The position numbers and the translations under genes were made by a program. This document shows, one piece after another, positions 36,609-48,600 of a DNA stretch of 64,000 nucleotides; within the stretch, counting starts at the first letter, position 1; each line of letters opens with the position of its first letter. Origin of the DNA: an archaeon (GTDB lineage: Archaea > SpSt-1190 > DYHY01); contig JAZDJS010000026.1 of assembly GCA_043803745.1 (NCBI GenBank), forward strand, positions 1-64,000. The letters are read 5' to 3'. Below the pieces are notes generated by a model. That model was not told the origin of the DNA. It searched no databases and saw nothing but the letters and a program-made list of their open reading frames with translations.

Positions 36609-36797
36609 ATGCGGGCCAGCTTCGACTACGAAGACGTAAAAATGCGCTCGGTTGACGAAATCCTCTTCAACTACAACCGGGACAAGCCGACTTCCCGCAG
36701 AATTTCGAAATCGGAGCTGCTCAGACGGCTCCTGGACCTTGTGTCGAACGGAAAAATACCTCTGGAGAAGGTGGTCATAATTAATGAGAAGAGATAA
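36609..36797 (+). CDS. ribbon-helix-helix (CopG/Arc-like) transcriptional regulator
   Basis: Beta strand RASFDY, helix, then ISKSELLRRLL. ATG 36609 is ~26 nt after the TATA (alternative TTG at 36591). Overlaps the start of the giant gene. Confidence 0.7.
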   Translation: MRASFDYEDVKMRSVDEILFNYNRDKPTSRRISKSELLRRLLDLVSNGKIPLEKVVIINEKR

Positions 36798-39700
36798 CGC
36801 CCTCCTCGCCCTTTCGGTTTTCCTCTTCCTTTTCCTCTTCCTATTCACCGCCTCGTTCGCGGCCAGTCCGAGCTTTTCCCCGTATGTCACTCGGTCAGGC
36901 TTCAGCAATCCCTCGGTGCTTACGACGAACCAGTCCGAGGTTTCAATGACAATCTGGACGGGAACGATTTCAGCAGATGCATTCATAACTAGTGTGGAAA
37001 TAAACATTGCCGGACTGAACCCTGTCGAGGGGCAGGTACTTTCAGTCCCGGAGCCAACTTGCCCTTCGGGAATCTCAACCAGGAACATAATAAACGAGCA
37101 AACACTTCTCTGCTCAACGGGAATGAGCGAATCCGGAATAGCGGGCGGAAGCAACGTCCCTATAACCCTTACGTTGAACCGCGTCAAGGATTCGGTCGGA
37201 ACCAACCCCAACCAGATATCAATCAAGCTGGTCGATGAGCAACTTAACGAAACGACAATGCTGATTGATTTCACCATCCAGAACAAGCCGGCCCTCGCCT
37301 CTTCGGTCGCCGTCGGGTATCCCGCAACCGTCTCGAAGGGGCAGATCGGAGTTCCGGTAACTTTCAGGACGATAAACACCGCAAGTTCCCCGGCGGCAGC
37401 CGCAAACTCTGTTACACAGGATGCAGTGATACGGGATGCGGGAGGCGCGGCAATATCTGCAGTATCTTACACTCAGACCCCCTCCGGGGCAATAAGCCTT
37501 GGCTCCGGGCAGGAGGTCAACTTCACATTCTACGTCGATGTTCCCGTCGGCGCAGCAGCGGGTTTGATGACACACTGGTTCAACCTTTCAGCAGTCGACC
37601 CGAACAGCGGGCGGGTTTTCACGTCGGCAACCGTCCAGAATTCGACAACAGTGCTCACTCCTCCGAACCTTAACGCAACACTCCTCCTCAACAACACCGC
37701 GTTCATCTCCAACATTTATCCGTACAACACAGCCCTCCTTACTGTGCGGCTGAACAACACGGGCGAAGCGCGTGCGAACCTGACCGGAGCGAGCCTGGTC
37801 TTTCTGGATTCCAACGGACTTGACAGGACCGCGAATTTCATTTACGCGAACACGACCCAGCTGAACGCCTCAATCCCGGCAAGCGCAACCACCGACATCT
37901 CATTCAACGTCACGGGAATAGGCAGCTGGGCCGGAGGGGCCGTTACGGTCAACTACACGGTTTATTACGTGGACGGAGGCAGCGGGCTTTCCTGCGGACC
38001 TTACAGGACAAACCACTCGAACGCATTCACCTATGACACGGTCGCCCCTTTGGTGAACTTCCACAGCTATGACGGAAACACTTCAAATTACCGCGACACG
38101 CAGGATGGGACCGCCGCAATTGTCGTCAACGCAACCGACAGTTCCTCGGGGCTCACTCCAAGCGCGCTGGTTCTTTTCACCGCAAAGGACGGCTCAACAG
38201 TCAGGACAACTAACCTTTCCTGCTCCCCGCCATTGTGCAGCGGAACGGTCGACGTTGATGAGCTTTCCCTCGACATATACGGCGACACCCAGACGCGCGT
38301 TGTTGTCTCGGACGCGGTCGGAAACAACGCAACCGCGACGGCGAGCGTCTTCTTCTACAACGTGCGCCTGTTTGCAAAAGACGGGTTCAACAACTATTAC
38401 ATTGAAGAACCCAACTTTACCAATCCGGTATTCGCCCTTTTGAACATGACGAACGGAGAAAGGACGGCCTGCCTTGGGCAGCCTTTCGGCTCTTCCCTCT
38501 GCGCAGTGCCTTTCGGCACGGTCGTCAATGTTTCACTTTCCTCAGTTTCGCACGTTTGGAACCAGTCGGACGGCAACCGGACCCTCTGCATTGGGACCGG
38601 AACGACGACTTCTTGCAACAAGGCCTTTCCGTCATCCGCCCACATTAACGACACTATTTACCTCCTCCCGAACACGCTGATAACCCTTCAAAACGAGTTC
38701 GGAATTCCGGTCAAGGCATTCAACGTAACGGTCCGCGATTCCCTCTCCTGGTTCGTCTACCTTTCCGACGGAGCCGTCGGCGACGAGAATTCCTCGGACG
38801 GCGCCTTGCTTTTCCCCTTCGACACGGGCAAGCATCAGACGCCCTTCACAGCGGAGTTCAACGTTGCGCCCAACTACAACAACACGGGGCTTTCCTTCTG
38901 GACCCAGCAATTCACCCCCTCGAACGCAACCCTTACCACGATTTCGAAAACGTCCAAATTCTCAGTTCTCTTCAACCTTCTTGACGAGTTCGGAAACGCA
39001 ATTGACAGGACGGGGGGTTCGGCAGTATACAACCAACTGAACGAGTTCGGCTTCTCAGCCGTCGCCTGCGTAACGAACCCCGTTGACAACCACGTTTACG
39101 GCTGCAGGATTCCGACGGCTGCCGAGGTTGCGAATGCATCCTACCCCTCCCAGGGAGCGAGCTTTTCAGTTTCAAAGCCCGGCTATGTGGATTTTTCAAC
39201 GGTGCGCGTAGTCCCTCCAACAAGCCCGGCATCGGCGCAGGTAAACGCGACCGCTCGCGCGAACTTCACGATCCTCATAATTCCGACGGATGCATGGAAC
39301 GTCTCGACGATTGACGGGAATTCGATCGATTCAGTCATCAGCGAATTCGCGGGAGCCTGCTACCGGAACGGGACGCAATCCCTCTGGGGCTGCCCCGCAA
39401 CATCAAGCGACACATACGTGAACGTAACTCCTGTGAATTCAAGCGGATTCCTGAATCGCAGGATTCTCATCAACCCCTCCCAGGCCCAGCAGAAAACGAA
39501 CTACTCGGCAAGCAACTACACTCTTGAGGTCAACGCATCCGAGGAGGTTTTCGGCGGACGGCTTCACAGCAACGACATTTCCCAGGTCCTGTTCAACGGC
39601 AGCATCAACTGCATCGGCAAGCCCGCGCCGGCGGACCACACCTGGGGCTGCCCCGTTCCAATAGGGACCGCCCTGTCCCCAGTATATGTCAACACATCCT

Positions 39701-42696
39701 CCCAGAGCGGGTATCTCAGCGCGACGGCATATCCGAGCGGAGTGATAAGTTCGGTCCACGCAACCTCCCCGGCAACCGCGTCAAGCACGCACAATTACAC
39801 CGTCAGAGTCAACACCACAAACCAGTTCGGAAGCACTGTCTCCTCCGCCGGAGGGAACGTCAGCGCATATCTTGCGAACACGACGAGAATCTCCTGCGTG
39901 AACACATCCCTTTCAGACTGGTTCTGCGCAGTGCCGGTCTCCACCGCAGCAACGGTAAGAACGACCCTTCAGGCGTACATTTCCGCAAACAATTCGCTGA
40001 CGGCACCGGCGAATTCCGGGAACCAGTCAAGGATTTCGAGCGGAAACCTTTTCACGGCAGTCGTCTATACGCGGGACGAGCTCGGCAACTTTCCGGACCT
40101 CCGCACCGGCTCCGCGGTCAGCCTTGCCGGATATTCATGTGTCAACAATTCAGTTTCCGCATTCCTCTGGGGCTGCGCAGTTCCGTGGTCAACCTCGGGA
40201 AACGCGACAATTTCCGCCTCCGGGATGATTTCCTGGAATTCCGGACCGTACATCACGAACTCGTATGACGGACCCCAGATCTCAGTCCAACCAACCCTGC
40301 AATACACCTTGCTTGTGAACCTGACCGATCAGATAGGCAATGCCCTTTCGGGGGCGACAGTGACTGCGACCAATTCGGCGGTCAGCTGCTATTCAAACCT
40401 GAGCAGATACTACTGCCCCGTTTCCTCCGCCTCCTCCGCCGTGACGGCTTCGAAAGTCGGGTTTGTCAACAGGACGGTCACTACAGCCGGGATTTCCTCA
40501 GCAGGACCCCAGACGGTCCTCCAAATGACATATGCCAATAATTCCGGATTGCCCTATTCCGCAAGCATCCGGGTTACCCGCGAAGTCAACAACAGCAACA
40601 TTGAGATGTCCCAAGATGTCTCATTCATCAACGCAACGAGCGGGGCGCAGGTCTTCCCGGCGGGAAACTCCTCAAACCCCTCAACCCCCAACATCTTCTA
40701 TTTTGCATTCCCGGAAGGATCCCAGGAACTGTTCGTCCGGAAGGCGGGATATGTCGACAAGCAGGTCTACTTCACAACGAGCCAGGCAACGCCATATGAC
40801 AACTCGAACACTTCGAACAGTTTCTCGCTTCGCATCTACCTTCATTCCGAAAGCGGCGCGGCAATAACGAGCGGCGCCGTCCTTTATCCCTACCAATACC
40901 ACCAGGACGGCTCATACTATTATTTCGCAATCCCTTCCGGAACCGCAACGGTTTACGCCGGAAAGACGGGATATGTCAACAATTCCACAACGGTTTCAAT
41001 AAACACAACCTATCCGCAGGGCCAAGTGCAGGCGCCGCTCAAGCTCCAATTCACGCTGAAGGTCGTTTCAGTTGATTGGGGCGGAGCTTCCCTGAACGGA
41101 ACGACCGTCAACGTAACATATGCCGCCAACAGCTCGCTCCTTGCTTCACAGACCCTTTCCTCGTCCGAGAACACCGCCTATTTCGACCTTTCCCATACGA
41201 CGCCGGCGATAATCGTTTCGGTTTCCAAGGCGAATTACAACACCGTCGGATTCGGCCCCACAGCGCTCTCCCAGTCGAGCCAGGCAAGCATGCAGTCGGC
41301 GCACGCCCAGAACATCATAGTCAATCTGACTGATTGGGGCGGAGCCGCCCTAGGCAGCGCAACGGCAACCCTCTATCGGAACGACTTTTCAACCTCGAAC
41401 AAAATAGCCAAATGCACAACCCTTCCCTCGGGACTGTGCACTTTCACCTCATACAACGGCGTGGCGGATCCCGACACAAGCAGTTTCAATTCATCCAGGG
41501 TTTCCCAGGGCGATTTGATAGTTGTTTCAGCGGACAAACCCGGATTCGGGCAGATACAGACCGCCGATGGCAGGTATTACTACCAGAATTCCTCGACGCC
41601 CCTTCCAGCGGGAACGTTCAAACTCGGAGCGAAAATAACCGTTTTCGCGAACCAGGCATGGGGCTCGGGGAACCCGATAGCCGGGGCAACGATCAGCCTC
41701 AAGAACACTTCGAACGTCCAGATTGCGAGCATCACAACCAATTCAACCGGCGGCGGGGCGTTCAGCCCCAACTATTACGCCTCCAACAGCCCGAGCGATT
41801 CGTCGATAGCTTCAGGGGAGCTCCAGAACCTTGCGAATTATGCCGCATATTTCTCAAAGCTCGGGTATTCCAACCAGACGAACGCATCGACTTTTAATTC
41901 CTCCCTGCCCAAAACCCTGACCTTCACCGGATATGACTCTGCTGCGCCGGTCTTCACGTTCTACTGGCCGGACGGCTCGGTTTATGACGGAATAGAAAGC
42001 TCGCCATACAACGGGAGCGCGATAGGGCTCGAGAACTTCACGGTGAACTTTTCAGTCTCAGACCCGTACGGGACTGACGGCTCGGGCGTTAACCTCAGCA
42101 ACATCACGGTCGGGGTAATCAACTCGACGCAATCATTCCAACTCAAGACACTCAGCTGCCCTTCCGGAAGCTGTTCGACTTCATTCTCCGGAAAGGAATT
42201 CCCCGTCCAGAATCTCACCCTGAGGTTCGGCGCCCTTGACAATTTCGGGAATGGCAACACCTCAGATTCCCTCCTGATCTCAATACCCGCCGTGAACGTG
42301 ACCGGAATCGGTTTCGTTAACGCAAGCGCGTATTCCAACGGTCTTGGCTACTGGAACTTTTCATTCAACCTCGCGCTCAAGGGGGCTTTCGCCCGCATGA
42401 AGCTTTCCGACTTTACGGGACTTGTCGGGGGATATGTCAACATAACCGACCCTTCCTGTGCCGAAAGCCATTGTGCGAACCTGTGGTACTACAACGCAAC
42501 GAGCTGCGCCGCGGAGAGCGTCCCGGTCTACAACGAGTTCAACGCAACCGTCACACCCTACGCCTTCTGCGACAGGAACTTGACGACAACTTACCTGCGT
42601 GAGCAGACTGCCTTCCTCGTGATGACCGTGCCGCCGGGCGCCCAGTCGGACAAATACAACGCAAGCTACGGGTTTGCGGGAGGGGGCTCTTCATAA
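36784..42696 (+). CDS. giant secreted beta-repeat glycoprotein A (1970 aa)
   Basis: Signal peptide, S/T/N-rich, very many N-X-S/T sequons, repeated ~90 aa modules (DE[FL]GN...C..WGCP...GY..), no C-terminal TM. Confidence 0.9.
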   Translation: MRRDNALLALSVFLFLFLFLFTASFAASPSFSPYVTRSGFSNPSVLTTNQSEVSMTIWTGTISADAFITSVEINIAGLNPVEGQVLSVPEPTCPSGISTRNIINEQTLLCSTGMSESGIAGGSNVPITLTLNRVKDSVGTNPNQISIKLVDEQLNETTMLIDFTIQNKPALASSVAVGYPATVSKGQIGVPVTFRTINTASSPAAAANSVTQDAVIRDAGGAAISAVSYTQTPSGAISLGSGQEVNFTFYVDVPVGAAAGLMTHWFNLSAVDPNSGRVFTSATVQNSTTVLTPPNLNATLLLNNTAFISNIYPYNTALLTVRLNNTGEARANLTGASLVFLDSNGLDRTANFIYANTTQLNASIPASATTDISFNVTGIGSWAGGAVTVNYTVYYVDGGSGLSCGPYRTNHSNAFTYDTVAPLVNFHSYDGNTSNYRDTQDGTAAIVVNATDSSSGLTPSALVLFTAKDGSTVRTTNLSCSPPLCSGTVDVDELSLDIYGDTQTRVVVSDAVGNNATATASVFFYNVRLFAKDGFNNYYIEEPNFTNPVFALLNMTNGERTACLGQPFGSSLCAVPFGTVVNVSLSSVSHVWNQSDGNRTLCIGTGTTTSCNKAFPSSAHINDTIYLLPNTLITLQNEFGIPVKAFNVTVRDSLSWFVYLSDGAVGDENSSDGALLFPFDTGKHQTPFTAEFNVAPNYNNTGLSFWTQQFTPSNATLTTISKTSKFSVLFNLLDEFGNAIDRTGGSAVYNQLNEFGFSAVACVTNPVDNHVYGCRIPTAAEVANASYPSQGASFSVSKPGYVDFSTVRVVPPTSPASAQVNATARANFTILIIPTDAWNVSTIDGNSIDSVISEFAGACYRNGTQSLWGCPATSSDTYVNVTPVNSSGFLNRRILINPSQAQQKTNYSASNYTLEVNASEEVFGGRLHSNDISQVLFNGSINCIGKPAPADHTWGCPVPIGTALSPVYVNTSSQSGYLSATAYPSGVISSVHATSPATASSTHNYTVRVNTTNQFGSTVSSAGGNVSAYLANTTRISCVNTSLSDWFCAVPVSTAATVRTTLQAYISANNSLTAPANSGNQSRISSGNLFTAVVYTRDELGNFPDLRTGSAVSLAGYSCVNNSVSAFLWGCAVPWSTSGNATISASGMISWNSGPYITNSYDGPQISVQPTLQYTLLVNLTDQIGNALSGATVTATNSAVSCYSNLSRYYCPVSSASSAVTASKVGFVNRTVTTAGISSAGPQTVLQMTYANNSGLPYSASIRVTREVNNSNIEMSQDVSFINATSGAQVFPAGNSSNPSTPNIFYFAFPEGSQELFVRKAGYVDKQVYFTTSQATPYDNSNTSNSFSLRIYLHSESGAAITSGAVLYPYQYHQDGSYYYFAIPSGTATVYAGKTGYVNNSTTVSINTTYPQGQVQAPLKLQFTLKVVSVDWGGASLNGTTVNVTYAANSSLLASQTLSSSENTAYFDLSHTTPAIIVSVSKANYNTVGFGPTALSQSSQASMQSAHAQNIIVNLTDWGGAALGSATATLYRNDFSTSNKIAKCTTLPSGLCTFTSYNGVADPDTSSFNSSRVSQGDLIVVSADKPGFGQIQTADGRYYYQNSSTPLPAGTFKLGAKITVFANQAWGSGNPIAGATISLKNTSNVQIASITTNSTGGGAFSPNYYASNSPSDSSIASGELQNLANYAAYFSKLGYSNQTNASTFNSSLPKTLTFTGYDSAAPVFTFYWPDGSVYDGIESSPYNGSAIGLENFTVNFSVSDPYGTDGSGVNLSNITVGVINSTQSFQLKTLSCPSGSCSTSFSGKEFPVQNLTLRFGALDNFGNGNTSDSLLISIPAVNVTGIGFVNASAYSNGLGYWNFSFNLALKGAFARMKLSDFTGLVGGYVNITDPSCAESHCANLWYYNATSCAAESVPVYNEFNATVTPYAFCDRNLTTTYLREQTAFLVMTVPPGAQSDKYNASYGFAGGGSS

Positions 42697-45600
42697 TGGC
42701 GAACGGACGCGGAAAGCTCGCTGCCGCCTCGATCACGCTCCTCTACCTGGCGCTCTCACTCGCCTTTTCAATCCCGGTTTTCACGGCCGACCTGAGCCCC
42801 AATGCAGTCAGCACCGGGCAGAACGTCTCTTTCACGCTCGTTGTTTCGAACACCGGGTCTGAGCTAATCGAGAACGTTTCAATCAGCATGAACCCGCTCA
42901 ATTCCGAGGGCAAGATAACCTCCGCCGACTGCGACGCCTCAAGGTTCTCGGGGTCAATAATAACCGGGACAAACCTCAACCTCCTGATATGCCTGCGTCA
43001 GGGGTCAAGCGGGATAAGTACCGGGCAGTCTGCGACAATCCGCTTCAATTTCTCAGCAGCGCCCCTTTCCAAACCAATCCCGAACCCGGTCACAATCTCG
43101 ATCTATGCATACAACACGACCCAGGAATCTGATTTCCGGACTGACGGAGTCGAATTCGAGAACGCCGCTTCCCTCTCAACAACACTTTCCTCGCCGCTTC
43201 CCTCCAGAATTATTGCGGGACAGACCGGAATCTTCGCCAATTTCACCGTGATAAACAACGGGGATGCCACCGCAAGCACGGTCACTCCCGCCGCCTCAAT
43301 AGGCGCGCCCTACGGCTCAATAACCCCGACAGTAATACCGGCGCCGCAGAACATACTGGGCGGGGGCTCCCGCACCTTCGAGGCGAGGTTTGACTTGCCC
43401 TCCGGAGCCGCTTCAAGCTCCCTCACCTTGAATTTCAACGCAACCGGAACGGATGTGAACAGCCTCCTCAATACCACAACGCAAGCAAGCTCGACAGCAA
43501 CGGTTTACCTCCAGCCAAACCTCCAGATATACTCAATAACCCCGAACATCACCTTCGCTTCCGCGAATCCCGGCTACCGGACGGTCAGGCTTTCGGTTCT
43601 CGCCGGCGTGCTTGGTTCGGCTGCAACGATATCTGAAGCGAACATCACCGGGTTCTCGCTGAAAATAGTTTCCGGGAGCGGGGTTGATGAAAGCTCAAGC
43701 TATACCTCTCCGCTAAGAACCGACTCGGTCGTAAGCATTGCAGCAGGGACCAACGCAACGCTGACCTTCGAGCTTTCGATCAACAACCCCGGCGAGGGGC
43801 AGAAATATGCAAACGTTTCGCTCAACTACAACGACGGGATCGCAGGAATCTCCCCGAACCAAACGGCGCTCAACAACGGGACAATCTTCGCGGTTGACAA
43901 CACGAACCCGACAATCAACATAGTCTCGGCAACCTCGGATTCGGGCGCGGGGTTCTTCAGGCAGGGCGAGACGATAACGGTAAGCTCGACGGTCACGGAC
44001 GCCCTTTCAGGAATAGGCTCTCCGAGCTGCTCGGTTTCCATCGGAGGAATAAGCGCCGGAACCCTCAGCTTTACCTCGAACTCCTGCAACGGAACCGTGC
44101 AGATACCGCAGGACTCTTCGATCTACGGAAGCGAAATCCTCTCAATATCGACCTCCGACGCCGTCGGCAATCTTGGGACGGGAACACTGACAGTGCAAAT
44201 CTACACCCTTGCCGTAAACACAACCGACATTCTGACGGGAGCGGACATAAAGGACGGGTCAGACCTTTCCAACGCAACAGTTTACGCCACCAACTCATCG
44301 GGAGGGCAGACCTTCTCGTGCACGCCACTTTACGGGACAAAGACCCACCTTTGCGGGGTCCCTCTCGGAACCGTTGTCAACATCTCCGCAACCTCCCCGG
44401 CATACGTTCGCAGCAATAACACGACGGATTCCTCCAGGATTTGCGTCGGAACCGGAACCCTTTCCTCCTGCGCGGGAGCGCTCCCTTCCGGGGGATTTGC
44501 GCAGATAACAATATCCCTCACGCCAAACACAAAGATAACCGTCCTCAACGAGTTCAACCGGACGATCCTTTACGGCAACGTCACTGTCGGGGATTCTGCG
44601 GCAACCCCGTGGTACAAATCATTCATGGACGGCGGCGCATATGACCACAACACGACAATCAACGGCATAATTGTCGCGCCAATTGACACCGGAAAGCACA
44701 CGAGCCCGTTCCAGGTAAGGTTCAATCTGGACGCCTCGATGAACCCCGGATATCTTGCCGCGACAAATTCGAACTACGTCCCGTCGCAGGAAAATCAGAC
44801 CAACCTGACTATAACCGCGAGGTTCACAATATTTGTCCGGCTTTTCACGGAATTCGGGGCCCCGCTGAACACAACGACCGGAACGGTTTCATTCAGCCAC
44901 TCGAGCGGAACATTCCCCTGCATCCAGAATCCGGCGAACTACTCGGAATACGGCTGTCTTGTGCCGACCCTTACCGAGAACCCGGGGCTTTCCTCCGGCG
45001 GGAACATAACGATAACCAAGCCCGGATATGTGACCAAGCGAATACAAGGGGCTGTCCCTCCGGCAAACCCCAGCGCAGCCCAGGTTCAGGCGTCAGAATT
45101 GCTCCAGTTCGACCTTGCGGTAAGGGTCACCGACGAGTTCGGCCTGGCAAACCTTACAACGTCCGAGGTCTCAAGAGTTTCCCTTATTTCGAGCAATTGC
45201 ACGTACGGGAGCGGCGGCTTCTGGGGCTGCCCGGCGGTTTCCGGCGACGAAATCGGAATAACCGTGGAGCCGCTTTCATCGAGCGGATATCTCGTGAAGA
45301 CAAGCCAGATAATCCCGTTCGTCGATTATGTCCAGTCTTCCGTCGTAATCCCCCTGAAATACTCCCTGAAAATATTCGCAAGGGACGAGCTTGGGAACTA
45401 TCTCAACGCAACGAACATTTCCGAGATAAAGTTCCTTTTCGGTTCCGGAGTATCCTGCACGAGGAACGGGAACACTTCGGAATGGGGCTGCCCCGTTTCG
45501 GCGGGAACCGCAGCAGCCCCGGTCCACGTTAACGCATCCTCTTCGAGCGGACGCCTGAACTACGTCATAGCAGCCCAGGCGATTCCCGCAAACACCTCAG

Positions 45601-48600
45601 AGTCCCAGCTCGTGAATTATTCGGCGAACAACTTCACGATACGGGTCCTGCCGGCTTCGGAGATGGGAACTGAACTTCCGCTTTCGGGCCTTTACGTCAG
45701 CTGGGGCGGGCAGAACGCATGCATCCAGTCCGGCTCATACTGGTATTGCCCGGCGAACGCAAGCATTGCAACGAACGTTTCATCTGGCGCTGTCGGATTC
45801 ATAAACTACCTGAACTCCTCGGTCAATTCCCCCGCGCTTTCCGGAAGCCAGCTGCTTGTGACAACCGCCAACAAATATTCCATCCTTGTCAACACGCTTG
45901 ACGAGTTCGGCACGCCAAGGAACTTTTCATCCGGAAGGGTCTCGTTTGGAAGCGTTTCCTGCGTTTCTTCGGCGGGAAGGCCCTACGAATGGGGCTGCCC
46001 CTCGCCAGCCGGAACGCTTTCCCAGGCGAACGTTTCCCATCCCGGATATATCAACTTCACAAGTCCGGCTTCCTATACCGCCCCGGAGCAAACCGCGGCA
46101 CAGGTCGTGATTAACTCCGCCAACAAATTCACGCTCAGGGCGAACATCTACGACGAGCTTGGACAGGAGCTCCCTTCCGCGCAAGTTTCGTCCGGTTCGG
46201 TAGACTGCTATTTGATTGGCGGCCAGCCGGTCAACAGCTATTTCTGCCCCCTTGTTCCGCCCCAGGCAAGCCTCACAATTTCGAAAACCGGCTTCGTTTC
46301 CTCGACAGTGCAAATCTCCAGCCTCAACTACACCGAACAGCAGGTAATCACAATCAACAGCTCATCGACAAGCCCGAAGTATTCTGCCGTCCTGACAATC
46401 CGGAGGTCGCCCTCAAGCAACGACGAAACGGAAATGACCAGCGCGACGTTCTTCAATCTCACCAATTCAGCGTCAATCCCATATTCGCAGAGAGTCCAGA
46501 ACAGATATTATTTCGCCCTTGCCGAAGGGAGCGCTTCCTTGATTATACGGCACCAGAGCACCTACGTTGACAGGGCCTACAACTTCACAACCTCTTCCGT
46601 TGCCCAGCACGTTGGGGAGCCGGTTCTGGATTATCCGCTCAAGGCAATAGTTATTGCCGAGGATGGCGCCGGGATAGAGGGAGCGACCCTTGCCCTGAAC
46701 GTTTCCGGAACTTTCATCGAGTCGAACACAATTTCCGAATACTATTCCTCCCTTGCCAACGGCGCTTATTCCGTATATGCCTCAAAAGTCGGATTCGTAA
46801 CGTCCTCTCCCCAGGCGTTCAGCATAAACACGACATATCCCGCCAACCAGACAACGGTCCAGGTTTCTCTCAAATACACCCTCAAGGTCGTTTCGAACGA
46901 CTGGGGGGGCGCGCCCCTGAACGGGACGACAATTTCGGTTACGGGCCAAAGCATCCTGACCAATCCGGAGTCCTTGAACACCGCGTATTTCCCGGTCAAT
47001 CCCGCGACAAGCCCGGTGGTCAACGTCACCGTTTCGAAGACAGGCTACAACACCGTTGCGTTCGTTTCGGTGCCAATTTCCGCATCTTCGCAGAACGTGA
47101 CAACGACAAGCCACGCCCAGAATATAATTGCCCAGGTGCAGAATTGGGCGGGCAGCCCCCTTTCGGATGCCGTCCTCCGGCTCCACTCCAACGGAGCGGA
47201 GGTCGCCGACTGCGTCACGACCGCGAGCGGAACGTGCACTTTCGTTTCGACAAACGGAATCTCCACAACCGGGAACTTCAACTCCTCAGAGATGCCCCCC
47301 GGAGCAAGCGTAAGCTTTTCAGCTGAAAAACCGGACTATTGGAACGCACGTTCCGGCAATTACACCTATGCTGCGCAGAATTCGTCGCCCCCCCAAAGCC
47401 TTGGCGCGCTGAGGATAGGAATACCTCCGAAGGTTCTTGTTGTGAAGGGCTGGAACACCAGCCTGCCTGTCGATGATGCGGCGGTCGTCCTCAATGCGGG
47501 CTCAACCCAAATCTCCTCAAACTCAACGGATTCCGGCGGATATGCGATCTTCCTCCCCAATTATTCCGCAGCTTCGTCGGGATCCGACTTCTTCATTTCC
47601 GGCGCCGAAGCGTCGTCCGGCGCGAACCTTTCCGCCCAGGGGTCGAAAACCGGATATTCTGGGAACATCACGAGCTTCAGTTTCAGCCCCGACACGAACT
47701 CAACAATCGTTCTCGTGCTTTCCGACAGCGTTCCGCCCCAGCTCGAGCTGAACCTTTCCGGACGGGACGGCACCGCCTTCGTGGGCTTTGAGAACTTCAA
47801 CGTCTCCCTCTTCTCCGACGAGCTTTATCCGCAGGATTCGTCAGGAGTGAACTATTCCGGCTCAAGCTACAGGATTTCCTGGGCGAACGGCACTATTGCC
47901 AGGGGCTCGGCGAGCCTGTCCTCCTGCTCCGGATACTGGTGCAACCTGACCGAGATAAACGGCTGGGACCTTCCGGTCGGCAGCCTTTATGTTGTCGTCA
48001 ACGTCACGGACGGGCAGGGCAACTGGAATTCGACAAACATCTCCTTCGTCTCGGCTCCGGGCCTTAACGAAACGTTCGTCACAATTGAGAAAAGCACCGC
48101 TTCCTCGGCAGGAGACGACTTCTTCCTCGTGACATGGGGCCTCGTTGTCAAGGGAACCCAAGGGAAGCTGCGCGCCTCAAACCTCTATCCGGTGAACTGC
48201 TCAAGTTCGTGCGCGGAATTCCCGATTCAAGGATGGGCAAATCTCGTTTATACGGATGTCGCAAGCTGCTACGGAACGGCGAGATATTCCGTTGTCAAGA
48301 ACACGTTCCCGGCAGGGCAGACGCCCGCAACATTCTGCGACTATGATTTCTCGACCCAGTATGCCCGGGAACAGAACGTTTCCCTGAAGATTATTGTGCC
48401 GACCGGGCTTGCCAATGCAAGATATAACGCGAGCTACTATTGGACCGCCCTGCAGCAGGACCTTCCAAGAGCGAACGTTTCGGTGAGTTCGGTAACCTCG
48501 TCCAATTCAAGCCCCGAAACCGGGACGAACTTCACCGTGACGGTCCGGGTTTACGATGATGCGAACGGCGGGACTGCGGACGACATACTTGTTTCGCTGA

